Part shown: positions 47,193-56,605 of the stretch, in pieces
Numbering within the stretch: position 1 is the stretch's first letter
Layout: the number at the start of each line of letters is the position of its first letter
DNA from: Chloroflexota bacterium
Lineage (GTDB): Bacteria; Chloroflexota; Anaerolineae; Anaerolineales; VGOW01
Assembly (NCBI GenBank): GCA_016197225.1
Contig: JACPWC010000057.1
Span: 44,675 to 108,674 of the forward strand
DNA: 64,000 bases
Direction of reading: 5' to 3'
Program-made: the position numbers and the translations under genes
The notes under the pieces: generated by a model
Told to the model about the DNA's origin: nothing
What the model saw: the letters and a program-made list of their open reading frames with translations, nothing else
The model's database searches: none

Positions 47193-48518
47193 TCATTTCT
47201 TCTCCCCAAACTTCGCCGTCAACAACTCCGTCAGCGTCGGCTGGCCGATCTCTTGCAGTTCGTAACGCACGCGCTGAGCCGGCTTGTCGAACTTGATCAG
47301 GCGGCTGAGGTCAATTGGGGTGGCGACAACGACCACGTCTGCCGGAGTGTTGTTGATCGTCTGCCGCAGTTCTTCGGTCTGCTTCGCGCCGTAGCCCATC
47401 GCCGGCAGCACCGCGCCGGTCGTTGGATACTTTTTGTAAGTGGCGATGATACTGCCGACGGCATACGGTTTCGGATCAATAATCTCCGCCGCCCCGAAAC
47501 GTTTGGCCGCCACCACGCCGGCCCCGTAAGCCATCTCGCCGTGAGTGAGGGTGGGGCCGTCTTCGACCACCAGCACCCGCTTGCCGCGAATGGCCTCCGG
47601 GTCGTCCACAAAGATCGGGGAAGCCGCCTCGACGATAGCGGCTTTGGGATTCAGGCCGCGCAGACTCTCGCGCACACTCATCACCGCGCTGGAGTCCGCC
47701 GTGTCCACTTTGTTGATCACCAGCGCATCGGCCAGCCGCACGTTGGCCTCGCCTGGGTGATAGCTGGACTCGTGGCCGGGGCGGTGCGGGTCGGCCACCA
47801 CAATGTGATAATCGCTGACGTAAAACGGCAGGTCGTTGTTGCCGCCGTCCCACAACACAATGTCCACTTCCTTCTCGGCCTCGCGCACAATCTTCTCGTA
47901 GTCCACCCCGGCGAACACCACCACGCCCCGATCAATGTGCGGCTCGTACTCTTCGCGCTCTTCGATGGTGCAGTTGTATTCTTCGAGATCGTCGTATTCG
48001 GCAAAACGTTGGACGTTCTGGGCGATGAGGTTGCCGTAAGGCATAGGGTGGCGAATGGCGGCCACGTTGTAGCCCAGCCCGCGCAAAATGCTGGCCACGT
48101 GGCGCGAGGTCTGGCTCTTGCCCGCGCCGGTTCGCACCGCGCCGATGGAAACGACGGGCTTGGTGGATTTGACCTGCGTGTGCCGCAGGCCGAGCAGGCT
48201 GAAATCGGCGCCGGCGGCCAACACCTGAGAAGCCTTGTGCATCACATAGTTGTGCGAAATGTCGCTGTAGCTGAACACAACTTCGTCTACTTTCAGATCG
48301 GCGATCAGTTTGAGCAGTTCTTCTTCGCCATAAATGGGAATGCCTTTGGGATAGTTCGGCCCGGCCAGTTCAGGCGGGTAAGCCCGCCCGGCGATGTCGG
48401 GAATCTGGGTGGCAGTGAAGGCTACCACTTCCACTTGATCGTTCTGGCGATAATACGTGTTGAAATTGTGGAAGTCGCGCCCGGCGGCTCCCATGATCAA
48501 AATGCGTTTTTTGGACAT
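47193..48518 (-). CDS. cyclic 2,3-diphosphoglycerate synthetase-like P-loop protein
   Basis: 441 aa; P-loop VSIGAVRTGAGKSQT about 130 aa in; WDGGNNDLPFY..YHIVVADP block. The layout resembles archaeal cDPG synthetase as I remember it; the family assignment is from memory, not from an alignment. Confidence 0.45.
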   Translation of the reverse strand: MSKKRILIMGAAGRDFHNFNTYYRQNDQVEVVAFTATQIPDIAGRAYPPELAGPNYPKGIPIYGEEELLKLIADLKVDEVVFSYSDISHNYVMHKASQVLAAGADFSLLGLRHTQVKSTKPVVSIGAVRTGAGKSQTSRHVASILRGLGYNVAAIRHPMPYGNLIAQNVQRFAEYDDLEEYNCTIEEREEYEPHIDRGVVVFAGVDYEKIVREAEKEVDIVLWDGGNNDLPFYVSDYHIVVADPHRPGHESSYHPGEANVRLADALVINKVDTADSSAVMSVRESLRGLNPKAAIVEAASPIFVDDPEAIRGKRVLVVEDGPTLTHGEMAYGAGVVAAKRFGAAEIIDPKPYAVGSIIATYKKYPTTGAVLPAMGYGAKQTEELRQTINNTPADVVVVATPIDLSRLIKFDKPAQRVRYELQEIGQPTLTELLTAKFGEKK

Positions 48519-48535
48519 AGGTCTCCTGGAATTTT

Positions 48536-49282
48536 CTACCGGCTCTGGCGAGCGCGATAGGTGATGGCGGTGAGGAGGATGCTGAGGAAGTACAGGGCGA
48601 TGAGCGGCCCCATGACCAGCATCATGTTGAAGGGGTCAACTGTGGGCGTGATGGCGGCGGCGATGATGGCGATGGCGACGATGGCAATTCGCCAGGCTCT
48701 GAGCAAAATTCGCGGGCTGACGATACCCAATCTTCCCAGAAAGGCAAACACCAATGGCATCTCGAACGAGATGCCGACCCACAGCGTGAGCGAGAGCACG
48801 AACGGCACGAAGCGTTCAGCCGTCCATCCGATCTGAAACAGCTCAACGCCAAAGTTAGCCAGAAAGTCTATGGCCGCTGGAATCATAATGAACCAGGCGA
48901 AGCTTGCGCCGATCAGAAATAGAATGAGCGCGCCCGGAATGATAAAGAAGCGAAGCAGATTCGCTAGCCGTTTCTCCTGTTGCGTTTCAAAGGCGGGAAT
49001 GGCAAAGCCAATTAACTGGTAAATGACAAATGGCGAAGCGGCGGCAGACCCCAGAGTCAAGCCCACCCGGATCAAGGTTGAAATGCCCTCGGTCGGGCTG
49101 AGAATTTGCAGTTTTTCACCGTAAGGTTCGATCAAGAACTTCAGCACCGGTTCGGCGAAGAGCAGACCGGCTGTGCAAAAGACCAGCAGGATGATGGCCG
49201 CATTGCGAATGGTGATAGCTAAGTCTTCGAGATGCTCCAGGAAGCTGGTTGCTTCCTTGCGTGCTCTGGTTCGTGTTGCCAT
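48536..49282 (-). CDS. tatC: twin-arginine translocase subunit TatC
   Basis: LEHLEDLAITIRNAAIILLVF... with six TM helices; TatC family. Confidence 0.85.
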   Translation of the reverse strand: MATRTRARKEATSFLEHLEDLAITIRNAAIILLVFCTAGLLFAEPVLKFLIEPYGEKLQILSPTEGISTLIRVGLTLGSAAASPFVIYQLIGFAIPAFETQQEKRLANLLRFFIIPGALILFLIGASFAWFIMIPAAIDFLANFGVELFQIGWTAERFVPFVLSLTLWVGISFEMPLVFAFLGRLGIVSPRILLRAWRIAIVAIAIIAAAITPTVDPFNMMLVMGPLIALYFLSILLTAITYRARQSR

Positions 49283-49284
49283 AG

Positions 49285-49740
49285 TTAACTTTTGGGCTTG
49301 CTCACCCAGGCTGAATAGGACGGCTTGGGCGGAGCGGAGGTGGTCGACTCGGGCGCGGCCTCAGGCTTGGATTCGTCGGCGGTTGAGGCGGCGGATGTTG
49401 ACGGGGTAACCGTCGTGGGTTGGGGGGACGGCGTTTGCCCCGAACCATTCGGCGGCAACGGGGAAGCGATGGTGAAATTTTCCTGAAGCGACTGCACACT
49501 CTTCGTCACTTCGTCTTTGAGCGCGTCAAGCTCTTTCACCAGGCCGCCCGAGTCGTCCTCGATCTCGTCAAGCTGGTCTTTGATCTCCGCCGAGGCCTTT
49601 TGCCACATCTGATTCAGAATTCGCAAATACTCGCCCGCCTTGCGCGAGAGAATGATCATCTGCCTGGGGCCGAGCACCACCAGCGCGATGACGGCGATCA
49701 TCAGCAATTCCCAGAGGCCAATCCCAAAAAATTGATCCAT
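49285..49740 (-). CDS. tatA: twin-arginine translocase TatA/TatB-family protein
   Basis: MDQFFGIGLWELLMIAVIALVVLGPRQM, the TatA/B N-terminal TM plus amphipathic helix, with a Pro/Ser/Thr-rich tail. Start at ATG 49740. Confidence 0.75.
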   Translation of the reverse strand: MDQFFGIGLWELLMIAVIALVVLGPRQMIILSRKAGEYLRILNQMWQKASAEIKDQLDEIEDDSGGLVKELDALKDEVTKSVQSLQENFTIASPLPPNGSGQTPSPQPTTVTPSTSAASTADESKPEAAPESTTSAPPKPSYSAWVSKPKS

Positions 49741-49744
49741 GCGT

Positions 49745-50188
49745 TTACCCGACCTGTTTGGCTGATATTTCGTTGACGAGTTGATTCTCTTTGGCCGCCA
49801 GCGCCCCCAGCACCCCGTTGATAAACCTGGAGGCCGAGTCGCTGCCATAGTCCTTTGCCAGTTCCACTGCCTCATTGATGGCAACCTTGATCGGGTTCGT
49901 GCGGCTCACGGCAAATTCCCAGATCGCCATCCGCAGAATGTTGCGGTCTATGATCGCCATCTGGTCGAGCGGCCACTCCGGCGCGTGCCGGTGGATGAGG
50001 CTGTCCAGTTCGGCGGCATTGCGCAAGACGCCGTCAATCATCTGGCGGGCGAAGACTTCCACGTCAACGTTGACAGGCGTGTCTTCCAGGCGGGAGCGGA
50101 TCACATCCTCAACCGGGTGAGTTGTGCAATCCACTTCGTAAAGAACTTGCAACGCTAAACTGCGCGCCTTGCGGCGATCCTTCATCAT
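49745..50188 (-). CDS. nusB: transcription antitermination factor NusB
   Basis: RRKARSLALQVLYEVD...AINEAVELAKDYGSDSASRFINGVLG. Confidence 0.85.
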   Translation of the reverse strand: MMKDRRKARSLALQVLYEVDCTTHPVEDVIRSRLEDTPVNVDVEVFARQMIDGVLRNAAELDSLIHRHAPEWPLDQMAIIDRNILRMAIWEFAVSRTNPIKVAINEAVELAKDYGSDSASRFINGVLGALAAKENQLVNEISAKQVG

Positions 50189-50200
50189 GGCCGGAAAGCG

Positions 50201-50545
50201 CTACTCGGCGAACTCCACATTCTCTATGTGAACATTGACGGTGCGGGCTGTCATGCCCACCATCTCCGACATGGCCCGGGCCACCTCGCTTTGCACTTTC
50301 TCGCTCACCGCCCGGGCGTTGGCGTCGCCGGTGATGACGATATGCAGGTCGGCGGCCAGGTCGTGATTGAACACCTGAATGCGGACGCCGTCGGCGGCGC
50401 CGCGTTTGAAGTAGCGATCAATGCCGCCCGGCACGGGGGCCATGTGAGCCACGCCCGGCACACCCAGGGTGGCGAGTTTGGCGATCGTGATCAGCACCTC
50501 AGGCGCGATCACGATTTTACTGTCGTAAGAAGCTTCTTGTCCCAT
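50201..50545 (-). CDS. Asp23/Gls24-family envelope stress protein
   Basis: KIVIAPEVLITIAKLATLGVPGV...VNVHIENVEF, the Asp23 signature. Confidence 0.75.
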   Translation of the reverse strand: MGQEASYDSKIVIAPEVLITIAKLATLGVPGVAHMAPVPGGIDRYFKRGAADGVRIQVFNHDLAADLHIVITGDANARAVSEKVQSEVARAMSEMVGMTARTVNVHIENVEFAE

Positions 50546-50561
50546 ATTCTAACTCTCTGCT

Positions 50562-51308
50562 CTAACTCATCGCCATCCCGCCGTCCACGTTCAGCGTTTG
50601 GCCGGTGATGTAGCCCGCCTCGTCGGAGGCAAAAAAGGCGACGGCGTGCGCGACTTCCTCCGCCGCGCCCCAGCGTCCTAACGGGATCACCTTCATCGTT
50701 TCGCTCTTCAACTCATCCGACAATGACGACGTGAGATCGGTGGGGATGAAACCGGGCGCTACGGCGTTGACGGTGATGTTGCGGGCCGACACTTCGCGGG
50801 CCAGGGCCTTGGTGAAACCGATCAGCCCGGCTTTTGAGGCCGAGTAATTGGTCTGCCCGCCGTTGCCCATCACTCCCGACACCGACGAGATGTTGATAAT
50901 GCGGCCATTGCGCTGGCGCATCATCGTCTTCACGGCGGCCTTGGAGCAGTTAAAGGCGCTCTTCAAGTTGGTGCGGATCACCACATCCCAATCATCTTCA
51001 GACATCATCGCCAGCAAAGTGTCGCGGGTCGTCCCGGCGTTGTTGACAAGGATGTCGAGCCGGCCAAATGCGTCGGTGGCGGCTTTGATCAGCGCGGCGG
51101 CGGCCTTGGCGTCGGTCACATCGGCCTGAACGGCAACCGCCTCGCCGCCGGAGGCCTTGATCGTGTTCACGGCCTCTTCCGCGCCCTCAACGCTCTTGGA
51201 ATAATTGACCACAACTTTTGCCCCGCGCTTGCCAAGCTCAACGGCAATGGCTTTGCCAATGCCGCGCGAGGCGCCGGTGACTACGGCGACTTTACCTTGA
51301 AGAGTCAT
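50562..51308 (-). CDS. fabG: 3-oxoacyl-[ACP] reductase
   Basis: LQGKVAVVTGASRGIGKAIA, NNAG, YSASKAG; -10 TATAAT about 35 nt upstream on the minus strand. Start at ATG 51308. Confidence 0.8.
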   Translation of the reverse strand: MTLQGKVAVVTGASRGIGKAIAVELGKRGAKVVVNYSKSVEGAEEAVNTIKASGGEAVAVQADVTDAKAAAALIKAATDAFGRLDILVNNAGTTRDTLLAMMSEDDWDVVIRTNLKSAFNCSKAAVKTMMRQRNGRIINISSVSGVMGNGGQTNYSASKAGLIGFTKALAREVSARNITVNAVAPGFIPTDLTSSLSDELKSETMKVIPLGRWGAAEEVAHAVAFFASDEAGYITGQTLNVDGGMAMS

Positions 51309-51542
51309 ACAGGCTCCTGGTGAACATAGTTTGCGGAGGTGATTATACCGCGAACGATGTAACCCCGGATTACACAATGCCTTCTGCTACAGGACTTTCC
51401 CAAAGTCGCTTGGCGATTGGAAATCGCGGCAATACAAGGCAAAGTCCACCTTCGTGGACTGCGGTTTTAGCCGACGCAGGTCGGCTTCGCCTTATGTTGG
51501 TGCACGCTTCGCATCAACTTTGTTATTATATGGCCGACGGGT

Positions 51543-51914
51543 TTATTGTGCAGTGGCCCGTTTTTGTTTGAAGATCATCCACGCAAATACTGCCAGGCTC
51601 ATCGTCCAGGCAACATGCACGAGATAATGTTCGGCTGACTGCTCCGGCTTCCACGGCCAGAATGCCAGCGGCAACACCGAGGCCAGGCCGCCGCCGGTGA
51701 GCGCCAACATCACAAACGCAAGGAGTGTTATTCGGGCGGCACGGGCCAGACGCGGCCATCGCCGCCAGACGAATAACAAAGCTCCGGCCAGAATGAAGAA
51801 CGGGATGGTGTTTTGGATCGAGGGCGCGCCAAATTCCGCCACATCGTGCAAGGCCGTGCCGCCAACTGCAATGACGTATCCTGCCATTAGCCGGCTAAAA
51901 GTGTTTGGTGACAT
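51543..51914 (-). CDS. hypothetical small membrane protein (4 TM)
   Basis: Hydrophobicity only. Confidence 0.4.
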   Translation of the reverse strand: MSPNTFSRLMAGYVIAVGGTALHDVAEFGAPSIQNTIPFFILAGALLFVWRRWPRLARAARITLLAFVMLALTGGGLASVLPLAFWPWKPEQSAEHYLVHVAWTMSLAVFAWMIFKQKRATAQ

Positions 51915-51917
51915 GGG

Positions 51918-52523
51918 TTAATTCTTTCGAAGTTTTGTCATCAAATACACCGCCTCGCCGCCGATGAAGCCGGAGGAGAAGACGCGCTCGGCGAGTTTCT
52001 CGATGGTGAAATGTGGGCCGAAGTCGGCTTCCACTTCGCCGGGCGACATGGGTTGCATCCCGAACCCGCGATAGAGCGGCCGCTCCCACCAGCGCAAGGG
52101 CCATTGATGGACGTAGATCAGGAAGCGGCTGTGAGCGTGGGTCAGTAGCAGGACGTTGCGGAGATATGCCCGCCGGTGGGGCAAGCTCAAGTCGTCGTAC
52201 ACGCCCCAATCCACCAGGAAATCGAATGGGCCGTGCACGCGCTGTAAATGCGTCAGGTCGTCTTCAATCCAGTTGACCGTGACGCCCGCGTCCGCGCCGC
52301 GCCGTTGGCAGAGGGCAATAGCGGCTGGTGAGTAGTCCGTCCCGGTTACGTCGAAACCGTGTTGGGCCAGGAAGATGGCGTTGCTTGCCGTGCCGCAGCC
52401 GAGGTCAATGGCCTTGCAGGGTTGGATGCGCCCACTCTCCACCACTTCCACTAGTTCCTTGCGCGGGCCGATGTCCCACGGGGCGCGGAAACGGCCATAG
52501 ACGAGTTCGTAAAACCATTTCAT
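51918..52523 (-). CDS. class I SAM-dependent methyltransferase
   Basis: KAIDLGCGTASNAIFLAQHGFDVTGTDYS, motif I. Confidence 0.7.
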   Translation of the reverse strand: MKWFYELVYGRFRAPWDIGPRKELVEVVESGRIQPCKAIDLGCGTASNAIFLAQHGFDVTGTDYSPAAIALCQRRGADAGVTVNWIEDDLTHLQRVHGPFDFLVDWGVYDDLSLPHRRAYLRNVLLLTHAHSRFLIYVHQWPLRWWERPLYRGFGMQPMSPGEVEADFGPHFTIEKLAERVFSSGFIGGEAVYLMTKLRKN

Positions 52524-52593
52524 TTCTCCACACTCCCTTCAGTTCCTTCGAGTTGCCGTCCAACGGTCGGGTTCATCCGCGTTGCGCCCTGTA

Positions 52594-53586
52594 TCATAAT
52601 GACGCTTCTATGATTTTCATTGGCGATGGAGTGGGAATGACCCGGTTCAGTTTCAAGCCCGCTTTTTGCAACAGCAGACTGAATTCGCTCTCCGTTCTTT
52701 CCTTGCCATTCATCAATACCTGCATGTGCAAGTCGTAGAACGCCCCCGCAAAATCCGTTGGGGAGGCGATGACCCTCTCAACGATGAGCAGGCGCGAAGA
52801 TGGCTGCATGGCTTGCCGGCAATGGTTTAGGATGACCTGACATTTCTCGTCGCTCCAATCATGAAGCACGGTCTTCATCAGCAACACCTCGGCGGCAGGC
52901 ACGCGCTCAAAGAAATTTCCAGCTTGAATTTCCACGCGCCCGGCCAGGTCGGCGAGCACATGCTCTTTCACCACGTTCTCCTGGTCGTAGAGGATGCCGC
53001 GCAGGCGCGGGTTGGCAGTCAGGATGCCCTTGAGCAGGATGCCTTGCCCGCCGCCGATGTCGCAGACTGTCCCGAACGGGGTGAAGTCGTAAGCCTCGGC
53101 GATGGCGCGGGCGGCCAGGGTGGTCAGGATGGTCTGCCACTGGTTGAAGGGCGCGCCGTATTCGGGGTGCTGGTCGAGGTACTCGAAGAAGCTCGCGCCC
53201 ATCACTGGCTCGAACGCATTCTCCCCGGTGGCCAGGGTATGAGAGAAATTGTTCCAGGCACTCTGCCAGGGCTTACTGCCTATCAATATCAAGCCCATGT
53301 AGATACTGCCGGGCACATCCTTGAGCAGCAACCGGCCCACGTCGGTCAGGGCGTATTGTTCCCCTTCCTGAGTCACTACATCATTCACTGCGGCAAAGCG
53401 CAGGGTGCGGTAGAGCACGTCGGCGTTCAGATTGCAAGCCTGCGCCAGTTCCGGCAAGCGCCTGGGTTGTTCGCGCAATTGCTCGATCACCCCAGCCTTG
53501 ACCAGGGCATGAAGCACGGTGGTGGTGGCAAACCCTAAACCGATTTGCCAAATGCGAAGTTGAGGAGGTACTTGTATTTGATTCAT
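52594..53586 (-). CDS. O-methyltransferase family 2 (dimerisation domain + SAM-dependent MTase)
   Basis: VCDIGGGQGILLKGIL...ILYD; ~330 aa, with the N-terminal winged-helix dimerisation region. Confidence 0.7.
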   Translation of the reverse strand: MNQIQVPPQLRIWQIGLGFATTTVLHALVKAGVIEQLREQPRRLPELAQACNLNADVLYRTLRFAAVNDVVTQEGEQYALTDVGRLLLKDVPGSIYMGLILIGSKPWQSAWNNFSHTLATGENAFEPVMGASFFEYLDQHPEYGAPFNQWQTILTTLAARAIAEAYDFTPFGTVCDIGGGQGILLKGILTANPRLRGILYDQENVVKEHVLADLAGRVEIQAGNFFERVPAAEVLLMKTVLHDWSDEKCQVILNHCRQAMQPSSRLLIVERVIASPTDFAGAFYDLHMQVLMNGKERTESEFSLLLQKAGLKLNRVIPTPSPMKIIEASL

Positions 53587-53596
53587 GGTTATTCCT

Positions 53597-54829
53597 TTAT
53601 GAGGCCTCCGCTTTTGCCGTCATCGTCCTCGGCGCGGTTTGCAGGCGAAGCGTGTAAGTGACGATGGCGATTAAGATCGCCGCGCCCATGATGGGCGAGA
53701 ACACTTCTTTGATGATGGCCGATTTCTGGGCCAGCCCGACGACGAAGCCCACCACGCCGACGTTCATCCCCCAGAAGAGCGCGTGATCGGCCCACGGCCA
53801 GAAGGAGCGCCGCTCGCTCGTCGCCTCGGACACCAGCCCGAACAGCCCGTTGGTCATCACGCCGATGAACATGGCGTGATCCATTGCGAAGATCAGCCAC
53901 GAGGGAATCAGCGCGAAGTCCGGCGGGTCGCCGTATGCGCCGCTGACGAAGTTGACGATCAGATACGTGATCAGCCCGACGTTGGCGACGAGGAAGACGG
54001 CGCTAATGGCGTAGTGCCGCTCCGGGCCGCCCGCCAGCCACGGGGCGGCCAGCATCTTCGGCCCCAGCCGCACCAGGTAGATGATGACGCCGATGACCTG
54101 AAGCGGGATGTACATTCCGATGACCATCTGGTTGTTGGTCAGCGCGCCGGCCGTGAGCACCAGTCCGCCGATGAAAGGCAGGGCCACCTGCGCCCACCCG
54201 GCCTTGCTGGCCGGTTTCCCCGCCGACTCCGGGGCCAGCCGCCACTCGCTGAGGGCCATGCCGGCCAGCACCAGATAGCCCACCACCATCGTCGTCGGAT
54301 GGGTGACGAAGATTCCGCGAGGCAGGGATTGCAGGCCGCCTTTGAGCCAGATGCCCAGCATCACCCCCAGCACCGAGCCGATGGTCAGCGTGGTGGCGGC
54401 GGCGAACATGCCCAGGCGCGGCGTGCTGAGAGTCGCGCCCCGCATCTGAACCACGATCCACACGTAGAAGCCCACGATGGCGGCCAGCGTCAGGCTTCCA
54501 CCGGCCAGCCGCAAGTCCAGATTGCCGGTGTAGAAAGCGTAAGCGTAGAAGGCGATGGACACGGCGGCGGCGACTCCCAGCCAGCGCGGCGCGGCGGCCC
54601 GCCATCCAGTGACGGCTTGCCCGTCGGAAAAAATCCACAGGCAGGCGGCGATGAAGCCGAGCGTGATCCAACCCAGCGTCCCGGCGTGGACGTGGGCCAT
54701 GAGCATTTTGCGATCAAAGTCAACGACATCGAGGCCGTTGAGGATGCCGACGCCGACGGTGAAGGTGAAGATCAACAGCCCGGCTTGCAGGAGGAGTTTG
54801 ATCTCATTGCGGAATTGAGTTGTGGACAT
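53597..54829 (-). CDS. polytopic (about 12 TM) membrane protein with conserved intramembrane His residues (NnrS-like?)
   Basis: 410 aa; MAHVHAGTLGW, DHAMFIGV, DHALFWGM His-containing helices. The NnrS-like guess is tentative. Confidence 0.35.
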   Translation of the reverse strand: MSTTQFRNEIKLLLQAGLLIFTFTVGVGILNGLDVVDFDRKMLMAHVHAGTLGWITLGFIAACLWIFSDGQAVTGWRAAAPRWLGVAAAVSIAFYAYAFYTGNLDLRLAGGSLTLAAIVGFYVWIVVQMRGATLSTPRLGMFAAATTLTIGSVLGVMLGIWLKGGLQSLPRGIFVTHPTTMVVGYLVLAGMALSEWRLAPESAGKPASKAGWAQVALPFIGGLVLTAGALTNNQMVIGMYIPLQVIGVIIYLVRLGPKMLAAPWLAGGPERHYAISAVFLVANVGLITYLIVNFVSGAYGDPPDFALIPSWLIFAMDHAMFIGVMTNGLFGLVSEATSERRSFWPWADHALFWGMNVGVVGFVVGLAQKSAIIKEVFSPIMGAAILIAIVTYTLRLQTAPRTMTAKAEAS

Positions 54830-54848
54830 CTTGTGCCTCCCAAGACCC

Positions 54849-55265
54849 TTAGGGTTTGCTTGCTGTCTGTGCGCCCTGCCGCCGAAGCGCCATTGCCAGC
54901 GCCACGCCCGCCAGCAGGCCGAGAATCAGATTCGACAAGTTGGCGATATTGACGGCGAAATTGGAGCACCAGCCGGGGCAGTAGAAGAATAGCGTGCCGA
55001 CGGAAATACCAAGCCAGAACAGCGCGTTGAGTGCGAAGGTCACAATCAGGCCGCCGCGATTGCCGCCCGAGGCAGAATACATGGCATAAGCCCATGCCGC
55101 GAGAAAGGCCGTGTAGACCAACGTGAATGTCACGAGCGAACTGCCGGCTGTGGCGTTTGAATAAAAGCCTTGTGTGGCGTCAATCAGCGCCCGCCACAAT
55201 TGGCTGAGCCAGGCCAAGGCGGCGAGCGCCAAAGCGCCGTTGAGGGATGTGAACCAGGTTTTCAT
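54849..55265 (-). CDS. small hypothetical membrane protein
   Basis: 4 TM helices; RBS AAGGAGA upstream of ATG 55265. Confidence 0.45.
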   Translation of the reverse strand: MKTWFTSLNGALALAALAWLSQLWRALIDATQGFYSNATAGSSLVTFTLVYTAFLAAWAYAMYSASGGNRGGLIVTFALNALFWLGISVGTLFFYCPGWCSNFAVNIANLSNLILGLLAGVALAMALRRQGAQTASKP

Positions 55266-55295
55266 GAGAGTTCTCCTTTCGTCTAAACATTTCGC

Positions 55296-55333
55296 AGACC
55301 TCACAGGTCTGCTTCGCAAGACCTGTGAGGTCT
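55296..55333. repeat. perfect 15-bp inverted repeat AGACCTCACAGGTCT-gcttcgca-AGACCTGTGAGGTCT between two minus-strand genes
   Basis: Read directly. Confidence 0.75.
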
Positions 55334-55339
55334 ACGCCG

Positions 55340-56236
55340 CTACTTCGTCGCCGTCTCCAACTTGGGCAGAGATTGCAAGTACAGCCAGACGGTTTTCAGT
55401 TCATCATCCGTCATCTTGCCCAGCCCTTTCCACGGCATGGCGTCGCCGAGTTGGCGGCCGCCGGGCGTGACGCCCTCACGCAGGGCTTTGAAGAAATCGG
55501 CCTCCGACCAGCCGACGAGTTCGCCGCCGGGCGTGAGGTTGGGCGCAAAGGGGGCGCCCGGTTCGGAAGGTTGCGCGCCGTTGAGTTGCGGGCCGTGGCA
55601 ACTGGGACAGCCATTCGCGTTGGACAGATACTCGCCGTAGTCCACCGTCACCCCGACCGGCGGCGCGGGCGGGCGCACGTCGTGCTGAATCGTCTCGGCA
55701 TAGAGCAGGTTGCCAAACGCGCCGAGGGAATACAGCACTTTGGCGAACGGCGCTAACGACCGTGGGCGAGTTTCGCGATCTACCGGCGGAACGGATTTCA
55801 CGTAGGCGATGACGCCGCCCAGGTCTGCATCGCTGAGGTAGTAGTAATCGCTGGACGGCATGATGAAGACCGACGTGCCATCATGCTTGATCCCGTGCCG
55901 GATCGCCCGTACCCAGTTGGCGTCGGTGTTCGCGCCGCCGAGGCCGCCCTTGCCCGCCGTGAGGTTTGGCGCGTCCACGTAGCCAAGCGACGGATCATCA
56001 AAGAACGGGCCGCCGCCCAAATCTTCGCCATGGCAGGTCTGGCAGTGCATTTCAGCCCAGTGTTTGCCGATTGCCAGACTGGCCGCGTCGGTGGGAACAG
56101 TGACTGGCTCGGGTGTAATGTCGTAGGTTTTGTTGAACCGGAATTCGGCGCTGAGGTACAACCCGGCCAGCGCCAGAACAATGAGGCCGACGAGCGCGCC
56201 CACCACAATGCCGATCCATTTGAGTATTTTCTTCAT
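55340..56236 (-). CDS. membrane-anchored diheme cytochrome c
   Basis: N-terminal TM helix; two CxxCH motifs (CQTCHG, CPSCHG). Confidence 0.8.
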   Translation of the reverse strand: MKKILKWIGIVVGALVGLIVLALAGLYLSAEFRFNKTYDITPEPVTVPTDAASLAIGKHWAEMHCQTCHGEDLGGGPFFDDPSLGYVDAPNLTAGKGGLGGANTDANWVRAIRHGIKHDGTSVFIMPSSDYYYLSDADLGGVIAYVKSVPPVDRETRPRSLAPFAKVLYSLGAFGNLLYAETIQHDVRPPAPPVGVTVDYGEYLSNANGCPSCHGPQLNGAQPSEPGAPFAPNLTPGGELVGWSEADFFKALREGVTPGGRQLGDAMPWKGLGKMTDDELKTVWLYLQSLPKLETATK

Positions 56237-56547
56237 GGTAGTCTTCCTTTGGTTTTTTTGTTTTTATCTTCCGCGCTATGGCTCTCGGCTTCCTGCGGAA
56301 TTTGAATCCATCGTTCGAGAAAAGCGACGAGTTCATCAAGATTTTTGAATCCAATACGTTCCTCCTTCTGCGAGTCCTGCAAACTGAACCGCCACGCCGC
56401 GTGCTGTCCCTCCGCGTCGCGCTCCTCCCACACCAGCAAAACAAAGTGGTGATAACGGGGCGGGCGCGCTTGTAAAAATTCAGGCATAGGCTCTGGCAGT
56501 CCGTTCATGAATGTGTTATTCTTGCGCCCATTGTATAAAGCCATCAT
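56233..56547 (-). CDS. small hypothetical protein, translationally coupled to the cytochrome c gene
   Basis: ATGA overlap at 56233-56236; no motif recognised. Confidence 0.3.
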   Translation of the reverse strand: MMALYNGRKNNTFMNGLPEPMPEFLQARPPRYHHFVLLVWEERDAEGQHAAWRFSLQDSQKEERIGFKNLDELVAFLERWIQIPQEAESHSAEDKNKKTKGRLP

Positions 56548-56605
56548 TTAGAAATCATTTATATTCAGACTCTAAGGGTCTCCTTCCCAAACGCAACAAC
56601 TCCTT

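Noticed and set aside
47190-48560. 456-aa plus-strand ORF covering the cDPG-synthetase-like gene
   Set aside because: Antisense to a gene with a clear P-loop architecture; composition is typical of GC-rich out-of-frame translation.
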